This document shows, in pieces, positions 7,784-18,128 of a stretch of DNA of 64,000 nt (within the stretch, counting starts at the first letter, position 1; the number at the start of each line of letters is the position of its first letter). Under the pieces are notes generated by a model. It did not search any database. It was not told the DNA's origin and saw only the letters and a program-made list of their open reading frames with translations. The DNA lies in the NCBI RefSeq assembly GCF_000737315.1, contig NZ_JMCB01000020.1, forward strand, positions 124,001 to 188,000, given 5' to 3'. Origin of the DNA: Hyalangium minutum (GTDB lineage: Bacteria; Myxococcota; Myxococcia; Myxococcales; Myxococcaceae). The position numbers were made by a program, and so were the translations under genes.

Positions 7784-10732
7784 TCAGGCGAACAGCTCGA
7801 GCAGGTCCTCGCGGGTGATGGCCGTGGCGGCCGCCGCTTCGCTCAGGGCGGCCTCGAACAGGGCGCGCTTCTTCTCCTGTAATCCGAGGATGCGCTCCTC
7901 CACCGTTCCCTGCGCTACCAGCCGGTACACCATCACCGGACGCTCCTGTCCGATGCGGTGGGCGCGGTCCGCCGCCTGCGCCTCCACCTGCGGGTTCCAC
8001 CACGGATCCATCAGGAACACGTGGTCCGCCGCCGTGAGGTTCAAGCCCGTGCCGCCTGCCTTCAGCGACATCAGCATCACCGGCGCGCCCTCGGCGGATT
8101 GGAAGCGAGACGTCACCTCGCCGCGGTTCGGTGTCGAGCCATCCAGGCGCTCGAAGCCAATCCCTGCGCCCTTCAGCGGCGCCTCGATCAGGTCCAGCAG
8201 CGAGGTCCACTGCGAGAACACCAGCGCCTTGTGCCCGTCCGACACCGCCGTGGTGAGCGCCTCCACCAGCGTCTGCACCTTCGAGGACGTGTTCGCCTGC
8301 TGCCCTGGCACGAGCGCCGGATGGCACGCCGCCTGGCGCAGCCGGAGCAGGGCCTCCAGCGCCTTGATGACGCTGCCACCCTCGCTCAGCAGCGCCACCA
8401 CTTCCTTGCGCGTCGCCGCCATGATCGCGTCGTAGACCGAGCGCTCCCGCTCATCCAGCGACACGTGCATCACCGACTCAGTGCGCGGCGGCAGCTCGGG
8501 CGCCACGTCCCGCTTGAGTCTCCGCAGCACGAACGGGCGGATGCGCCGCCGCAGCCGGTCCGCCGCGTCGGCCTGTCCCTCCGCGATCGGCCGCGCCACC
8601 TTGTCCTCGAACTGCCGACGGCCCCCGAGCAGCCCCGGGTTCGCGTAGTGCATCAGGCTCCAGAGCTCCTCCAGCCGGTTCTCCATCGGCGTACCACTGA
8701 GCGCCAACCGGAAGTTCGCCTTCAGCCCGAACGCCGCGCGCGCCACCTGGCTGTCCGGGTTCTTGATGGCCTGGGCCTCGTCCAGCACCACCGTGTCCCA
8801 CGTGCGCCCCGAGAGCGCCGCCGCATCCAGCCGCAGGATGGCGTAGGTGGTGAGCGTCACGTCGGCGGCTTCGTCCAGCGTGCGGCCCGGCCCGTGGTAC
8901 GTGCAGACCTTGAGCGAGGGACGGAAGCGCTGCAGCTCCGCGGCCCAGTTCGGCAGCACGCTCGTCGGGCACACCACGAGCGAGCCACGCCCCAGCACGC
9001 AGATCGTCTGCAGCGTCTTTCCGAGGCCCATGTCGTCCGCCAGGATTCCGCCCAGCCCCGCGGACCGCAGGAAGCCCAGCCAGCTCACGCCCTGCTGCTG
9101 GTACTGGCGCAGCGTCGCCGTGAGGTCTCCCGGCAGCGACGGCGGCGGGAGCTTCTCGAAGCCCTCGATCATCGGCGCGAGCTTGTCGAGCCCCGGCGGA
9201 GGCGGCTGCTCCAGCGTCTCGCACAGCGCGCTCAGCTCGGGCAGCGCGTGGTTGGACACCTTGCCATCCGCCTGCCGCGCGGCCAGCAGATCCGCCACGC
9301 GCTGGCCATTCTTGTCCAGCCACGCCCGAGGCAGTGGCGCCCAGCCTCCGCCCTCCAGCGGCACCAGCCCCAGCCCCTCCGACCACGCTCGCACCACCGC
9401 CGCCGCGTCCACCGTCTGCGGCCCGCCCTTGCCGCCCTCCACCTGGAACTCGAGCGTGAAGCGCACGTCGGGAATCCCTGCCCCCGTGGCGCCCGCGTCC
9501 ACCTTGAGCAGCGGCTTGAGCCGGACGTCCGGGCTCACCAGCCCCGCCGCGTCTCCCGTCAGGTCTCCACGGAAGCGCCGGAGCTTGTCCGCCCAGCGCA
9601 CCATCTCCGGGCCTGCCACCGTCAGCCGCCGCCCAGGAACCAGGTTCAGCTCGTCCCGCAGCTGGTGCACGAGCCGCTGCTCCAGCGCCTCATCGCGCAG
9701 CGGCACCGCGCCTCGCAGATACACCATGCGGCCGTTGTCGATTCGCACCGACGGCGGCGCGCCATAGACGAGCGTCGGCAGCACCGACAGGCCCGCCTCC
9801 AGCTGCTGGAGCTCCAGCTGGATGCGCGGCTTCAGGTCGCGATCGATGGGCGGCAGGCGCTTGCTGCGCACCTCGATGGGAAGCCGCCGGGCCAACTCCG
9901 GGAGCACCTTCGAGGCCACCTCGCCAAGCTGCTCCGCCCCATAGGTGCGGACGAGCGGCAGGCTCTGCAGCCACGGCCCCGTCATCGACATCTCGCCCAG
10001 GCGGGCCAGCGCGTCGCCGGCCAGGGCCACCCCCGGGCTGAGCACCTCCACGATGCGAGGATCGCGCGTGATGGTCACAACGAGCTGCGCCCCCCGGTCC
10101 TCCACGACCGCTCGGGGCAGGACGGCCTCCTCCGAGACAGCCACGGGCCGTCCATCCAGCAGCACGTTGCGCGCGGGCTGGAGCGCCGTGAGGAGCGCAT
10201 CGAGCTTCTCGGGCGAGAGCGCCCCGCGCAGGCGCCGCTCCAGCAGGCGATCCGTGACCAGATCCGCCTGCTCCACCTGCAGCTGCGCGGCCTGGGCCGG
10301 CTGGGACATCAGTGCGGCGAGGCTCCCCTCCAGGGGCTCCTCCTTCCCCTCCGCGTGTGCGAGCGTGCGGTGCAGCTCCAACCCACCAGGAACCCGGGTG
10401 AAGTGGTACACGACGCGAGACCACCGGCTGGCGGTCGTCACCATCGGCGTGTCCTGCGTCTCCGCCTGCTGGAGCGAGATGGCCGCCGCCACCACGTGCT
10501 CGCACGGATCCACGCGGCCCGGGCAGTCACACTCCCAGGCCTCGTCGCCTGGATACAGGACGACCGTGAGAGGCACCGAGCGACCTGCGGCTCGCACCCT
10601 CATCTCGATTTCAGTGGCGGAGCGGGACTGGAGCGCCACGGCCCCCGAGCGAGCGAGGTTCACTCCTTGGGACCAGATGCCGGGGCGGGCTTCCTTCCGA
10701 ACGGCTTCGAGCAATTGAGCGGTCGCGGACAT
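7784..10732 (-). CDS. SWIM zinc finger-SNF2 family DEAD/H helicase
   Basis: CDC...CEH SWIM motif; [43 protein letters not shown]. Confidence 0.95.
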   Translation of the reverse strand: MSATAQLLEAVRKEARPGIWSQGVNLARSGAVALQSRSATEIEMRVRAAGRSVPLTVVLYPGDEAWECDCPGRVDPCEHVVAAAISLQQAETQDTPMVTTASRWSRVVYHFTRVPGGLELHRTLAHAEGKEEPLEGSLAALMSQPAQAAQLQVEQADLVTDRLLERRLRGALSPEKLDALLTALQPARNVLLDGRPVAVSEEAVLPRAVVEDRGAQLVVTITRDPRIVEVLSPGVALAGDALARLGEMSMTGPWLQSLPLVRTYGAEQLGEVASKVLPELARRLPIEVRSKRLPPIDRDLKPRIQLELQQLEAGLSVLPTLVYGAPPSVRIDNGRMVYLRGAVPLRDEALEQRLVHQLRDELNLVPGRRLTVAGPEMVRWADKLRRFRGDLTGDAAGLVSPDVRLKPLLKVDAGATGAGIPDVRFTLEFQVEGGKGGPQTVDAAAVVRAWSEGLGLVPLEGGGWAPLPRAWLDKNGQRVADLLAARQADGKVSNHALPELSALCETLEQPPPPGLDKLAPMIEGFEKLPPPSLPGDLTATLRQYQQQGVSWLGFLRSAGLGGILADDMGLGKTLQTICVLGRGSLVVCPTSVLPNWAAELQRFRPSLKVCTYHGPGRTLDEAADVTLTTYAILRLDAAALSGRTWDTVVLDEAQAIKNPDSQVARAAFGLKANFRLALSGTPMENRLEELWSLMHYANPGLLGGRRQFEDKVARPIAEGQADAADRLRRRIRPFVLRRLKRDVAPELPPRTESVMHVSLDERERSVYDAIMAATRKEVVALLSEGGSVIKALEALLRLRQAACHPALVPGQQANTSSKVQTLVEALTTAVSDGHKALVFSQWTSLLDLIEAPLKGAGIGFERLDGSTPNRGEVTSRFQSAEGAPVMLMSLKAGGTGLNLTAADHVFLMDPWWNPQVEAQAADRAHRIGQERPVMVYRLVAQGTVEERILGLQEKKRALFEAALSEAAAATAITREDLLELFA

Positions 10733-10825
10733 GGGCAGGCGTTCCCTACGCTGCACCGCTGCGCCGCGCAATGCCGTTGAGCGAGGGGCTCCGCGCGACG
10801 CCTGCGGAGCGCGTAGCACCCAGGC

Positions 10826-11047
10826 TCAAGGCTGGGGGGGCTCGGCCGCAGAAGGTGGGGTGGCCGGGCCGCGCTTCTTGGGGACAAGGGAGCGGCGCGG
10901 GCCTTTGAGGGCCACGCTCAGCAAGAAGGCCCCGGGCAGCAGCATGCCGAGCCCTTGGGAGAAGTTGGTGGGCGGATGCACCACCATCCCGAGCACGAGC
11001 GCGGCGAAGAGCAACCCACAGACCAGGCGCAGCACCAGAGAGTTCAC
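10826..11047 (-). CDS. Small two-TM membrane protein
   Basis: 73 aa with two hydrophobic segments; fills the gap between co-oriented genes. Confidence 0.55.
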   Translation of the reverse strand: MNSLVLRLVCGLLFAALVLGMVVHPPTNFSQGLGMLLPGAFLLSVALKGPRRSLVPKKRGPATPPSAAEPPQP

Positions 11048-11149
11048 GGCGGCGACTCTACTTCAAGCCGCTCCAGCCCTGCCTGCTTCCCTCCGAGGCA
11101 GGGAAGGGAACTCAGGCCTCCTTGCTCTGGGGAGCCGGGACGTCGCGCC

Positions 11150-13057
11150 TCAGCCACCGTAGGGGGTGGAGAACTCCGCCCACCGCCCGTTGGGCTGCAG
11201 CCCTGTGCCGGGGTTCTGGGTGCGGTTCTCGGCGGTGCGCAGCTCCCGCGCGGACTTCGCCAGCGACTCGATGGACAGCACGCGCGCGTTGAGCTGCGCG
11301 TCCTCCGCGCCCTCCAGCTGCTGAATCCACGTGCGCATGAAGCGGACGGCGTAGAGCACCTCGTCGCGGTCGAAGATCTCACCCGTCTTCTTCAGGTCCT
11401 CCTCCACCAGGTAGATGAACATCCGGGCGAAGTTGGCGAACATCCGGTTATGCACTGGGCGCCGGCGGCTGTCGGCGGGGGGCGGGCTGAAGTTGTCGCG
11501 CAGCTGCTTGAAGCTGAAGGTGCGCACGCTGGCGATCTTCCCCGTGCCCGCGCGGAAGCCCGGCGCATCCATCCAGTCGCGCGCCGCCGACTTCTCCACC
11601 GCCATCTTCGCGACGACGAAGGCGTGGTGCACGTCGTAGTAGGGCAGCAGGACGGACTCCAGGTAGTCCCCGATGAAGGTGGCGAAGCTGTCGCCCTCGT
11701 AGAGCAGCGCCGGATCCCGCTGGAACGACATCAGGAACCAGGTCTGCTGGAACACCTCGCTCTGCTTGATGCGGGCCTCCGTATAGGAGGGTTCGCTGTG
11801 GATGGTCTGGTCGACGACGGGGGGCAGCACGGTGCACGGGTGCGCTCCGTCGTCGCACGTCACCGGGAGCCTGCGCGCCAGGGGCTGGATGCGCAGGAAG
11901 TCCCCCGTCTCCCAGATGGGGTTGCGGGCGATGACTTTCTCCAGGTGGTTGCGCAGGGGCACGGGCTCGGAGCCGGTGCGCTCGTCCACAAGCAGCTCGG
12001 GGTAGCGCAGGGTGCCGTGACGCAGCATGTGCTGGAAGACCTGGAGCGAGCGGTACTTCAGGCGCATCCACTCACAGGCGCGCGGGTAGTCCGCGAGGTT
12101 GGCGCCGGCCAGATCCGGGTTGCACGCCGTCAGCGCGGGGACGGCGTCGTAGTAGCCCCAGAGGTTGCGGTCGCTCGGGTCGGACAGGTACGCGTCCACC
12201 AGACGGTACCACTCGGCGCTCGCGCTGGGCTTGGGCTGGGTGGCCATGTCCGGGAACCACTCGAAGACGGAGCGGTGCTCCTCGCCATGGAAGCCATCCT
12301 CGGAGAGGTGGTCGAACGGCAGGCCCAGGCGCAGCTGGCGCAGGTCGATGGCGAGCAGCTCCTCATAGGCCTGGCGGGCCTTCTCCAGCGAGTCGATGCG
12401 GCCGGTGGCCCACAGCAACTTCCGGTCGTTGAGCAGGTGGTCCATGAAGAGCTCGTCCCGCTCGCTCTGGGCGCGCGAGTCATGGACGGGCAGGCCTTGT
12501 GTCTTGGCGGCGAAGGGCTCGTAGGCGGGCTGGAGCGGCCGGAAGCGCGCGGGGTGCAGCAGGCGCTTCATGTCGTAGCGCTGCCGCTGCACATGGACGA
12601 GGCCGACGATGGCCTGGGCCCGGGCGCTGTCGACATGGGTGGCGGCGCGCCGGAGCACATCTGCGTCCGTGTACCCGACACGCGCCAGCTCGATGGCATC
12701 TGGGCTGTGGCAGCTGGCGCAGGAGCCGCGCGTGCCCTCGTAGCGCCAGGCCGCGAGGCCCGTGTTGTAGCGGGTCTGCAGTTCCTCGGCGCTCATCGCG
12801 CTCGCCACCGCATAGGGCGTGCCGCACAGGGGATCCGAGCCAGAGGACTCAGGGCAGAGCAGGGACTCGGGGTACTCGGCGGCCTCGGAGACCGGGGGGG
12901 TGGGCACCGAAGGCACCGGGTTCTCCGGCGTGGGCTCGGGGGGAGGGGGGGCCTTATCGCCGCAAGCCACCAGCACCAGCAGCGCTCCGAGCGGCAGCAG
13001 CCGCAGGGAGGACGTGGACCCACAACGCGGAAGGCCAATCGTCAGGAGCGAGCGCAT
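11150..13057 (-). CDS. Lipoprotein with a single CXXCH heme-binding motif, function unknown
   Basis: Lipobox LVAC, Pro-rich linker, CASCH. Confidence 0.75.
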   Translation of the reverse strand: MRSLLTIGLPRCGSTSSLRLLPLGALLVLVACGDKAPPPPEPTPENPVPSVPTPPVSEAAEYPESLLCPESSGSDPLCGTPYAVASAMSAEELQTRYNTGLAAWRYEGTRGSCASCHSPDAIELARVGYTDADVLRRAATHVDSARAQAIVGLVHVQRQRYDMKRLLHPARFRPLQPAYEPFAAKTQGLPVHDSRAQSERDELFMDHLLNDRKLLWATGRIDSLEKARQAYEELLAIDLRQLRLGLPFDHLSEDGFHGEEHRSVFEWFPDMATQPKPSASAEWYRLVDAYLSDPSDRNLWGYYDAVPALTACNPDLAGANLADYPRACEWMRLKYRSLQVFQHMLRHGTLRYPELLVDERTGSEPVPLRNHLEKVIARNPIWETGDFLRIQPLARRLPVTCDDGAHPCTVLPPVVDQTIHSEPSYTEARIKQSEVFQQTWFLMSFQRDPALLYEGDSFATFIGDYLESVLLPYYDVHHAFVVAKMAVEKSAARDWMDAPGFRAGTGKIASVRTFSFKQLRDNFSPPPADSRRRPVHNRMFANFARMFIYLVEEDLKKTGEIFDRDEVLYAVRFMRTWIQQLEGAEDAQLNARVLSIESLAKSARELRTAENRTQNPGTGLQPNGRWAEFSTPYGG

Positions 13058-13125
13058 GGCCGGAGATCAGACGGCCAGGCGGCAAGCCCGGTCAAGCGGG
13101 CAGCAGGACCCCTGTGCCTTCAAGA

Positions 13126-14082
13126 CTAGAACTGGCCAGCGCGGGCCTCGTCGAAGGACACCCGGTGCTTCATGTAGAGGGTGTCCAGCATGTGGTTGCT
13201 GATCGGGTTGAGGTTGCCGTCCGTGAAGCGGTGCACCACCGCGCCCTTGCCCGCGTCCTTCAGGAACTGGAGCGGATCCAAGCTGCCGCCCAGGCCCGTG
13301 AGCGTGGGCACGGGGTCCGCGTTGTTGACGTAGTGCACGTACTGCGGCCCGTCCGGGTACTTCGTCGAGGCAGCCCCGAAGGTCTCCACCTTGAGGTGGC
13401 TCATCAGGTTCTCCACCTGATCCTTGGACATCCCGTCCTCGGCGCGCAGCCGCTTCTCCACATCAAAGAGGGCGCGCGCGGTGATGAGGCCGCCCTGGCT
13501 GTAGCCCATCAGGTGCACGTCGCGGCCGGCCTTCAGCTCCGAGTAGACGGTGTCGGCCAGCGTGTCCACGGCGGGGTTGGTGCCCTTGTCGAGCTTGTCC
13601 GTCACGCACTGGGCCAGGTCCGCCGTCAGGCCCTGGGTGGCGTTGTGGATGCCCACCACCTTGGCGCCCGAGGTCTCCGCGATGGACTGCATCTCCTTCA
13701 TCTGGCCATCCAGCGGCGTCATGATGCCGTTGACGTAGAGGAGGGTCTCCGAGGGGTTCGGGTTGTTCTTCGGCGTGACGCCGGGGATCTGGCTCAGCGG
13801 GGTGCCGGGCGGGAACGTCTGGCCCTGCGTGCCCACGAGCTTCCCGTCGTTCAGGCGGTCCGGCTTGGCGTCACCGCCGAACAGCTTGTTCAGCTCCGCT
13901 CCGTGCGCGGCCTCGAACACGTCCAGGCCCATCTTCACGAAGCGGGGAATGTCGGCGATGCCGTCCTTGGCCAGGTCCACCAACTTCCCGATGGGATTCA
14001 GGGACTTGGACTCGGGGGTGGCGCGCGCGGCGGTGGTGCTGGCCGGGCTGAACGCGCTCTGGTTGCGGTGGATGGAAGTCAT
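13126..14082 (-). CDS. Alpha/beta-hydrolase-fold (lipase/cutinase-like) protein
   Basis: HLMGYSQGG nucleophile elbow; NNADPVP; C-terminal NH; GGAG RBS before ATG 14082. Confidence 0.75.
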   Translation of the reverse strand: MTSIHRNQSAFSPASTTAARATPESKSLNPIGKLVDLAKDGIADIPRFVKMGLDVFEAAHGAELNKLFGGDAKPDRLNDGKLVGTQGQTFPPGTPLSQIPGVTPKNNPNPSETLLYVNGIMTPLDGQMKEMQSIAETSGAKVVGIHNATQGLTADLAQCVTDKLDKGTNPAVDTLADTVYSELKAGRDVHLMGYSQGGLITARALFDVEKRLRAEDGMSKDQVENLMSHLKVETFGAASTKYPDGPQYVHYVNNADPVPTLTGLGGSLDPLQFLKDAGKGAVVHRFTDGNLNPISNHMLDTLYMKHRVSFDEARAGQF

Positions 14083-14223
14083 GGGAGGCTCCTGCAAACC
14101 TTTGCTTTGAAAGGTGATGCTTTGCCTGAATTATCCCACATGGTGGGGGAAAGTTGCGTGCCTGCGCCCACATTGTGGTGAAAAGTCGTTTTCGAAGGGG
14201 CCGCGCGCCTGGGGAGGGAGGGC

Positions 14224-15546
14224 TCAGAGCGGGAGCCGGTGGTACAGCGGCAGGTCGGCAGGGGCGGGGTAGAAGGAGAACCAGCCTGCGTAGCCGACGT
14301 CCGGACTGGTGATGACCGTCGTGGGGGACTTTTCGCCCGAGCTGAGGAGCTGATCCGGGCCGAACCGGCCGAACTCCCCCGCCCGAAGCGCGAACCACAT
14401 GCCTCGGCCCTCGTCGAACACAATCCCGTCCGGGAGCGCGGTGACGGTGAGGCTGATCAGGACCGAGGGCGTGAGGGTGACTTCGCCTGAGCCCTGCTGG
14501 TCGGCGGGGGTGAGCCGGGCGAAGGTGCCATCAAAGGTGCCCCACAGGTTGCCGTTCGCGTCGAACGCCAGGCCCGAGGGCGCGCGGAGGTCGGCGAAGA
14601 CAGGCCCGGGTGTCCTGCCCTGGATGACGAGGTCCGGAGCCGCGGTGGACGAGGCCGTGAGGCGGCTCGCGTTGTAGCGGGCCACCCGGTCCGAGCCAGT
14701 GAAGGCGACCCACAGGTTGCCGCCCGCGTCGAACGCCAGCCCCGAGGGCCCGTCGAGCCCAGTGAGCTCGACGCCGGGCGTGGGGCTGCCGCTGGCGGTG
14801 AGCTGGTCCGGGGTGTAGCGGACGATCTTATTGTTGAAGACCACGGAGACCCAGAGGTTGCCGCTCGCGTCGAAGGCCAGCGCGCGGGCGCGGGGGAAGC
14901 CGCCCTCGAGGGGGCCGCCCTTCAAGGTGATGTCCGCGGCCTTCTGGCCCGAGCTGCCCAGAATGCTCGCGGGGAGCCTGAGCACCGGCGGATCCGCGGT
15001 GGTGCCGCCGACCACCCACAGGTTGCCCTCCTTGTCGAACGCGGAGCCGTCCGCGCCTCCGGTGGTGGCCGCCACCGTGGCGGCGGGGCTGCCGCTGGCG
15101 CTCAGCAGCGTCGAGGCGAATCCAAGCAGGGGCGCCGTGCCGCCCGAGCCGTTGCTGGTCCACAGCTTCCCGCTGCTGGCAATGGGAGAGTACGTCACCG
15201 TCACCTCGGTGCGCTCACCGCCCCGCACGCAGGCGGAGGAGGACGAGGCCACTCCCCGATAGGCTGTTCTCACCGGCTCCTGAAACGGTGCGACGGTCTG
15301 CGGAAGGATCTCCACAGTCCCCTGAGGCCAGCTCAGCTCCCCGGCTCCCTCCTGGAGACGGGTCAGGTGCGAGTCCTTCACCTGAATCTTCGCGGCCGCG
15401 GGATTGGGCAGCCCGGTGACGATGAGCTGGAGCGTTCCGAGTCCTCCGCTCCCGGTGCATCCGGTCTCGGGCGGCTTGTCCTCCGAGCCGCACGCCGTGA
15501 GGAACAGCAGAGAGCCCAGCAGGCTCAGGAGCCAGCGTCCGCGCAT
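14224..15546 (-). CDS. Lipoprotein with NHL-like beta-propeller repeats
   Basis: Lipobox LTAC; repeated (P)SGLAFDAxGNLW motifs. Confidence 0.82.
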   Translation of the reverse strand: MRGRWLLSLLGSLLFLTACGSEDKPPETGCTGSGGLGTLQLIVTGLPNPAAAKIQVKDSHLTRLQEGAGELSWPQGTVEILPQTVAPFQEPVRTAYRGVASSSSACVRGGERTEVTVTYSPIASSGKLWTSNGSGGTAPLLGFASTLLSASGSPAATVAATTGGADGSAFDKEGNLWVVGGTTADPPVLRLPASILGSSGQKAADITLKGGPLEGGFPRARALAFDASGNLWVSVVFNNKIVRYTPDQLTASGSPTPGVELTGLDGPSGLAFDAGGNLWVAFTGSDRVARYNASRLTASSTAAPDLVIQGRTPGPVFADLRAPSGLAFDANGNLWGTFDGTFARLTPADQQGSGEVTLTPSVLISLTVTALPDGIVFDEGRGMWFALRAGEFGRFGPDQLLSSGEKSPTTVITSPDVGYAGWFSFYPAPADLPLYHRLPL

Positions 15547-15786
15547 GACACCTCCAAGGGAAGGAGAGGGGGCAAGTCCACGCGCACGGGCTCCGAGCGT
15601 CAATGCAGGTGAGCCCTCAGCTGGACGCTTCGCGTCAAGGACGGCGGGTGTGTCTGCCTGACGGTCCAGCGGCGGGCCATGGGGCCGTTCTCACCCGCGT
15701 CGAGCCCCCCAGCATGGGGGGCCGAGTGTTTGCCACACCATCTACCTACAGGGTATTCAGTCTGCTCTGAACCATAAGGGGAGCAC

Positions 15787-17181
15787 ATGAGCATCCTCAT
15801 CAAGAACGGCCGCATCGTCACCGCCGTGGATGACTACGTGGCGGACGTGTTCATCGAGGGCGAGAAGATCACCCTCATCGGCAAGGACCTGAAGGTCCAG
15901 GCGGACAAGGTGATCGACGCCTCGAACCGGCTGGTTCTCCCTGGCGGCATCGATCCCCACACGCACTTCGACATGCCGTTCGGCGGCACCACGTCGGCGG
16001 ATGACTTCGCCAGCGGCACGAAGGCGGCGGCGTTCGGCGGCACCACCACCATCATCGACTTCGCCATCCAGACCAAGGGCGAGTCCACGCTGAAGGGCCT
16101 GGACGCGTGGCACGACAAGGCCAGCGGCAAGGCCACCATCGACTACGGCTTCCACATGATCATCACCGACATGCCGGACGAGCGGCTGCCGGAGATGCGC
16201 CGGTTGGTGGATGAGGGCATCACCTCGTACAAGCTGTTCATGGCGTATCCGGGCGTCCTCTATGTAGACGACGGCACGCTGTACCGCACGTTCCGGCAGG
16301 CGGGGGAGAACGGCACCCGCATCTGCATGCACGCCGAGAACGGCATCGTCATCGACGAGATCATCAAGGGCGCGGTGAAGGACGGGAAGACTTCGCCCAA
16401 GTGGCACGCGCTCACGCGGCCCACGCGCATGGAGGCCGAGGGCGTGCACCGCGCCATCGCCATCGCCGAGGTGGCCAAGGTGCCGCTGTACATCGTCCAC
16501 CTGTCGAGCTCGGACGCACTGGAGCAGGTGAAGATCGGCCGGGCCCGCGGCGTGGACGTGGTGGCGGAGACGTGTCCCCAGTACCTCTTCCTGGACCACA
16601 GCTACTACGAGCGCGAGGGCTTCGAGGGCGCCAAGTGGGTGATGACGCCCGCGCTGCGCGAGAAGTGGAACCAGGACGTGCTGTGGCAGGGCCTGAAGTT
16701 CCGGGACTTGGAGACGATCGCCACGGACCACTGCCCGTTCTGCTTCAAGGACCAGAAGGAGCTGGGCAAGGACTCCTTCACGAAGATTCCGAACGGGGCG
16801 CCGGGCGTCGAGAACCGGATGAGCCTCGTCTACAACGGCGGCGTGGTGGGCGGACGCATCAGCCTCAACCGCTTCGTGGAGCTCACGTCCACGGCGGCGG
16901 CCAAGGCGTTCGGCCTCTTCCCGAAGAAGGGCACCATCGCCGTGGGCTCCGACGCGGACATCGTCATCTTCGATCCGGACCGCAAGGAGACCATCAGCGT
17001 GAACAACCCGCACACCCACCACATGAAGGTGGACTACAGCGCCTACGAGGGCTTCCAGGTGCAGGGCTTCACGGAGACGGTGCTCTCCCGTGGCCGAGTC
17101 ATCATCGAGAAGAACGAGCTGAAGACCGAGGGCGGCGGCCAGTACATCAAGCGCGCCACCCACGGCTCGCTGCTGCGCTGA
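15787..17181 (+). CDS. hydA: Dihydropyrimidinase
   Basis: PGGIDPHTH, SYKLFMAY, MHAEN, VHLS, ATDHCPF, IPNGAPGVENR. Confidence 0.95.
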   Translation: MSILIKNGRIVTAVDDYVADVFIEGEKITLIGKDLKVQADKVIDASNRLVLPGGIDPHTHFDMPFGGTTSADDFASGTKAAAFGGTTTIIDFAIQTKGESTLKGLDAWHDKASGKATIDYGFHMIITDMPDERLPEMRRLVDEGITSYKLFMAYPGVLYVDDGTLYRTFRQAGENGTRICMHAENGIVIDEIIKGAVKDGKTSPKWHALTRPTRMEAEGVHRAIAIAEVAKVPLYIVHLSSSDALEQVKIGRARGVDVVAETCPQYLFLDHSYYEREGFEGAKWVMTPALREKWNQDVLWQGLKFRDLETIATDHCPFCFKDQKELGKDSFTKIPNGAPGVENRMSLVYNGGVVGGRISLNRFVELTSTAAAKAFGLFPKKGTIAVGSDADIVIFDPDRKETISVNNPHTHHMKVDYSAYEGFQVQGFTETVLSRGRVIIEKNELKTEGGGQYIKRATHGSLLR

Positions 17182-17213
17182 GCGCGGTCCCATCCCCTTT
17201 AGAAGAGGAATCC

Positions 17214-18089
17214 ATGGCACGTAAGGTCATCGGCGGGCTCATCCAGATGTCCAACCCCATCAACGATCCGTCGGCATCCGTGCAGACGATCCGCGATGCG
17301 ATGTTCGAGAAGCACCTGCCGCTCATCGAGGAGGCCGGCAAGCGCGGCACGCAGATCCTCTGTCTGCAGGAGGTCTTCAACGGCCCCTACTTCTGTCCCT
17401 CGCAGGATCCGAAGTGGTGCGATCTCGCCGAGCCCATCCCCAACAGCCCCACGGTGGAGCGGCTGAGCGCCTACGCCAAGAAGTACCAGATGGCGATGGT
17501 CATCCCCATCTACGAGCGAGAGATGGCGGGCGTCTACTACAACACCGCGGCGGTGGTGGACGCGGACGGCACGTACCTGGGCAAGTACCGCAAGAACCAC
17601 ATTCCTCAGACGAACGGCTTCTGGGAGAAGTTCTTCTTCAAGCCGGGCAACCTGGGCTACCCCACGTTCCAGACGCGCTACGCGAAGATTGGCGTGTACA
17701 TCTGCTACGACCGGCACTTCCCCGAGGGCGCGCGCCTGCTGGGCCTGAACGGGGCGGAGATCGTCTTCAACCCGTCCGCCACGGTGGCGGGCCTGTCCCA
17801 GTACCTGTGGAAGCTGGAGCAACCGGCTCACGCGGTGGCCAACGGCTACTACATCGCGGCCAGCAACCGCGTGGGCACCGAGGCCCCGTGGAACATCGGC
17901 AAGTTCTACGGCACCAGCTACTTCTGCGATCCGCGCGGCCAAATGCTCGCGGTGGGCAGTGAGGACAAGGACGAGCTCGTCACGGCGGAGATGAACCTCG
18001 ACATGATCGAGGAGGTGCGCCGCACCTGGCAGTTCTACCGGGATCGCCGCCCGGACACCTACGAGAACATGGTCAAGCAGCTCCCGTAG
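17214..18089 (+). CDS. Nitrilase-family beta-ureidopropionase (N-carbamoyl-beta-alanine amidohydrolase)
   Basis: E-K-C triad in LQEVF, KYRKNHIP and ICYDRHF; lies between hydA and preT. Confidence 0.88.
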   Translation: MARKVIGGLIQMSNPINDPSASVQTIRDAMFEKHLPLIEEAGKRGTQILCLQEVFNGPYFCPSQDPKWCDLAEPIPNSPTVERLSAYAKKYQMAMVIPIYEREMAGVYYNTAAVVDADGTYLGKYRKNHIPQTNGFWEKFFFKPGNLGYPTFQTRYAKIGVYICYDRHFPEGARLLGLNGAEIVFNPSATVAGLSQYLWKLEQPAHAVANGYYIAASNRVGTEAPWNIGKFYGTSYFCDPRGQMLAVGSEDKDELVTAEMNLDMIEEVRRTWQFYRDRRPDTYENMVKQLP

Positions 18090-18128
18090 TTCGAGTCGAG
18101 CACTGAGGTCTTCACCGAAATGAGAGTC

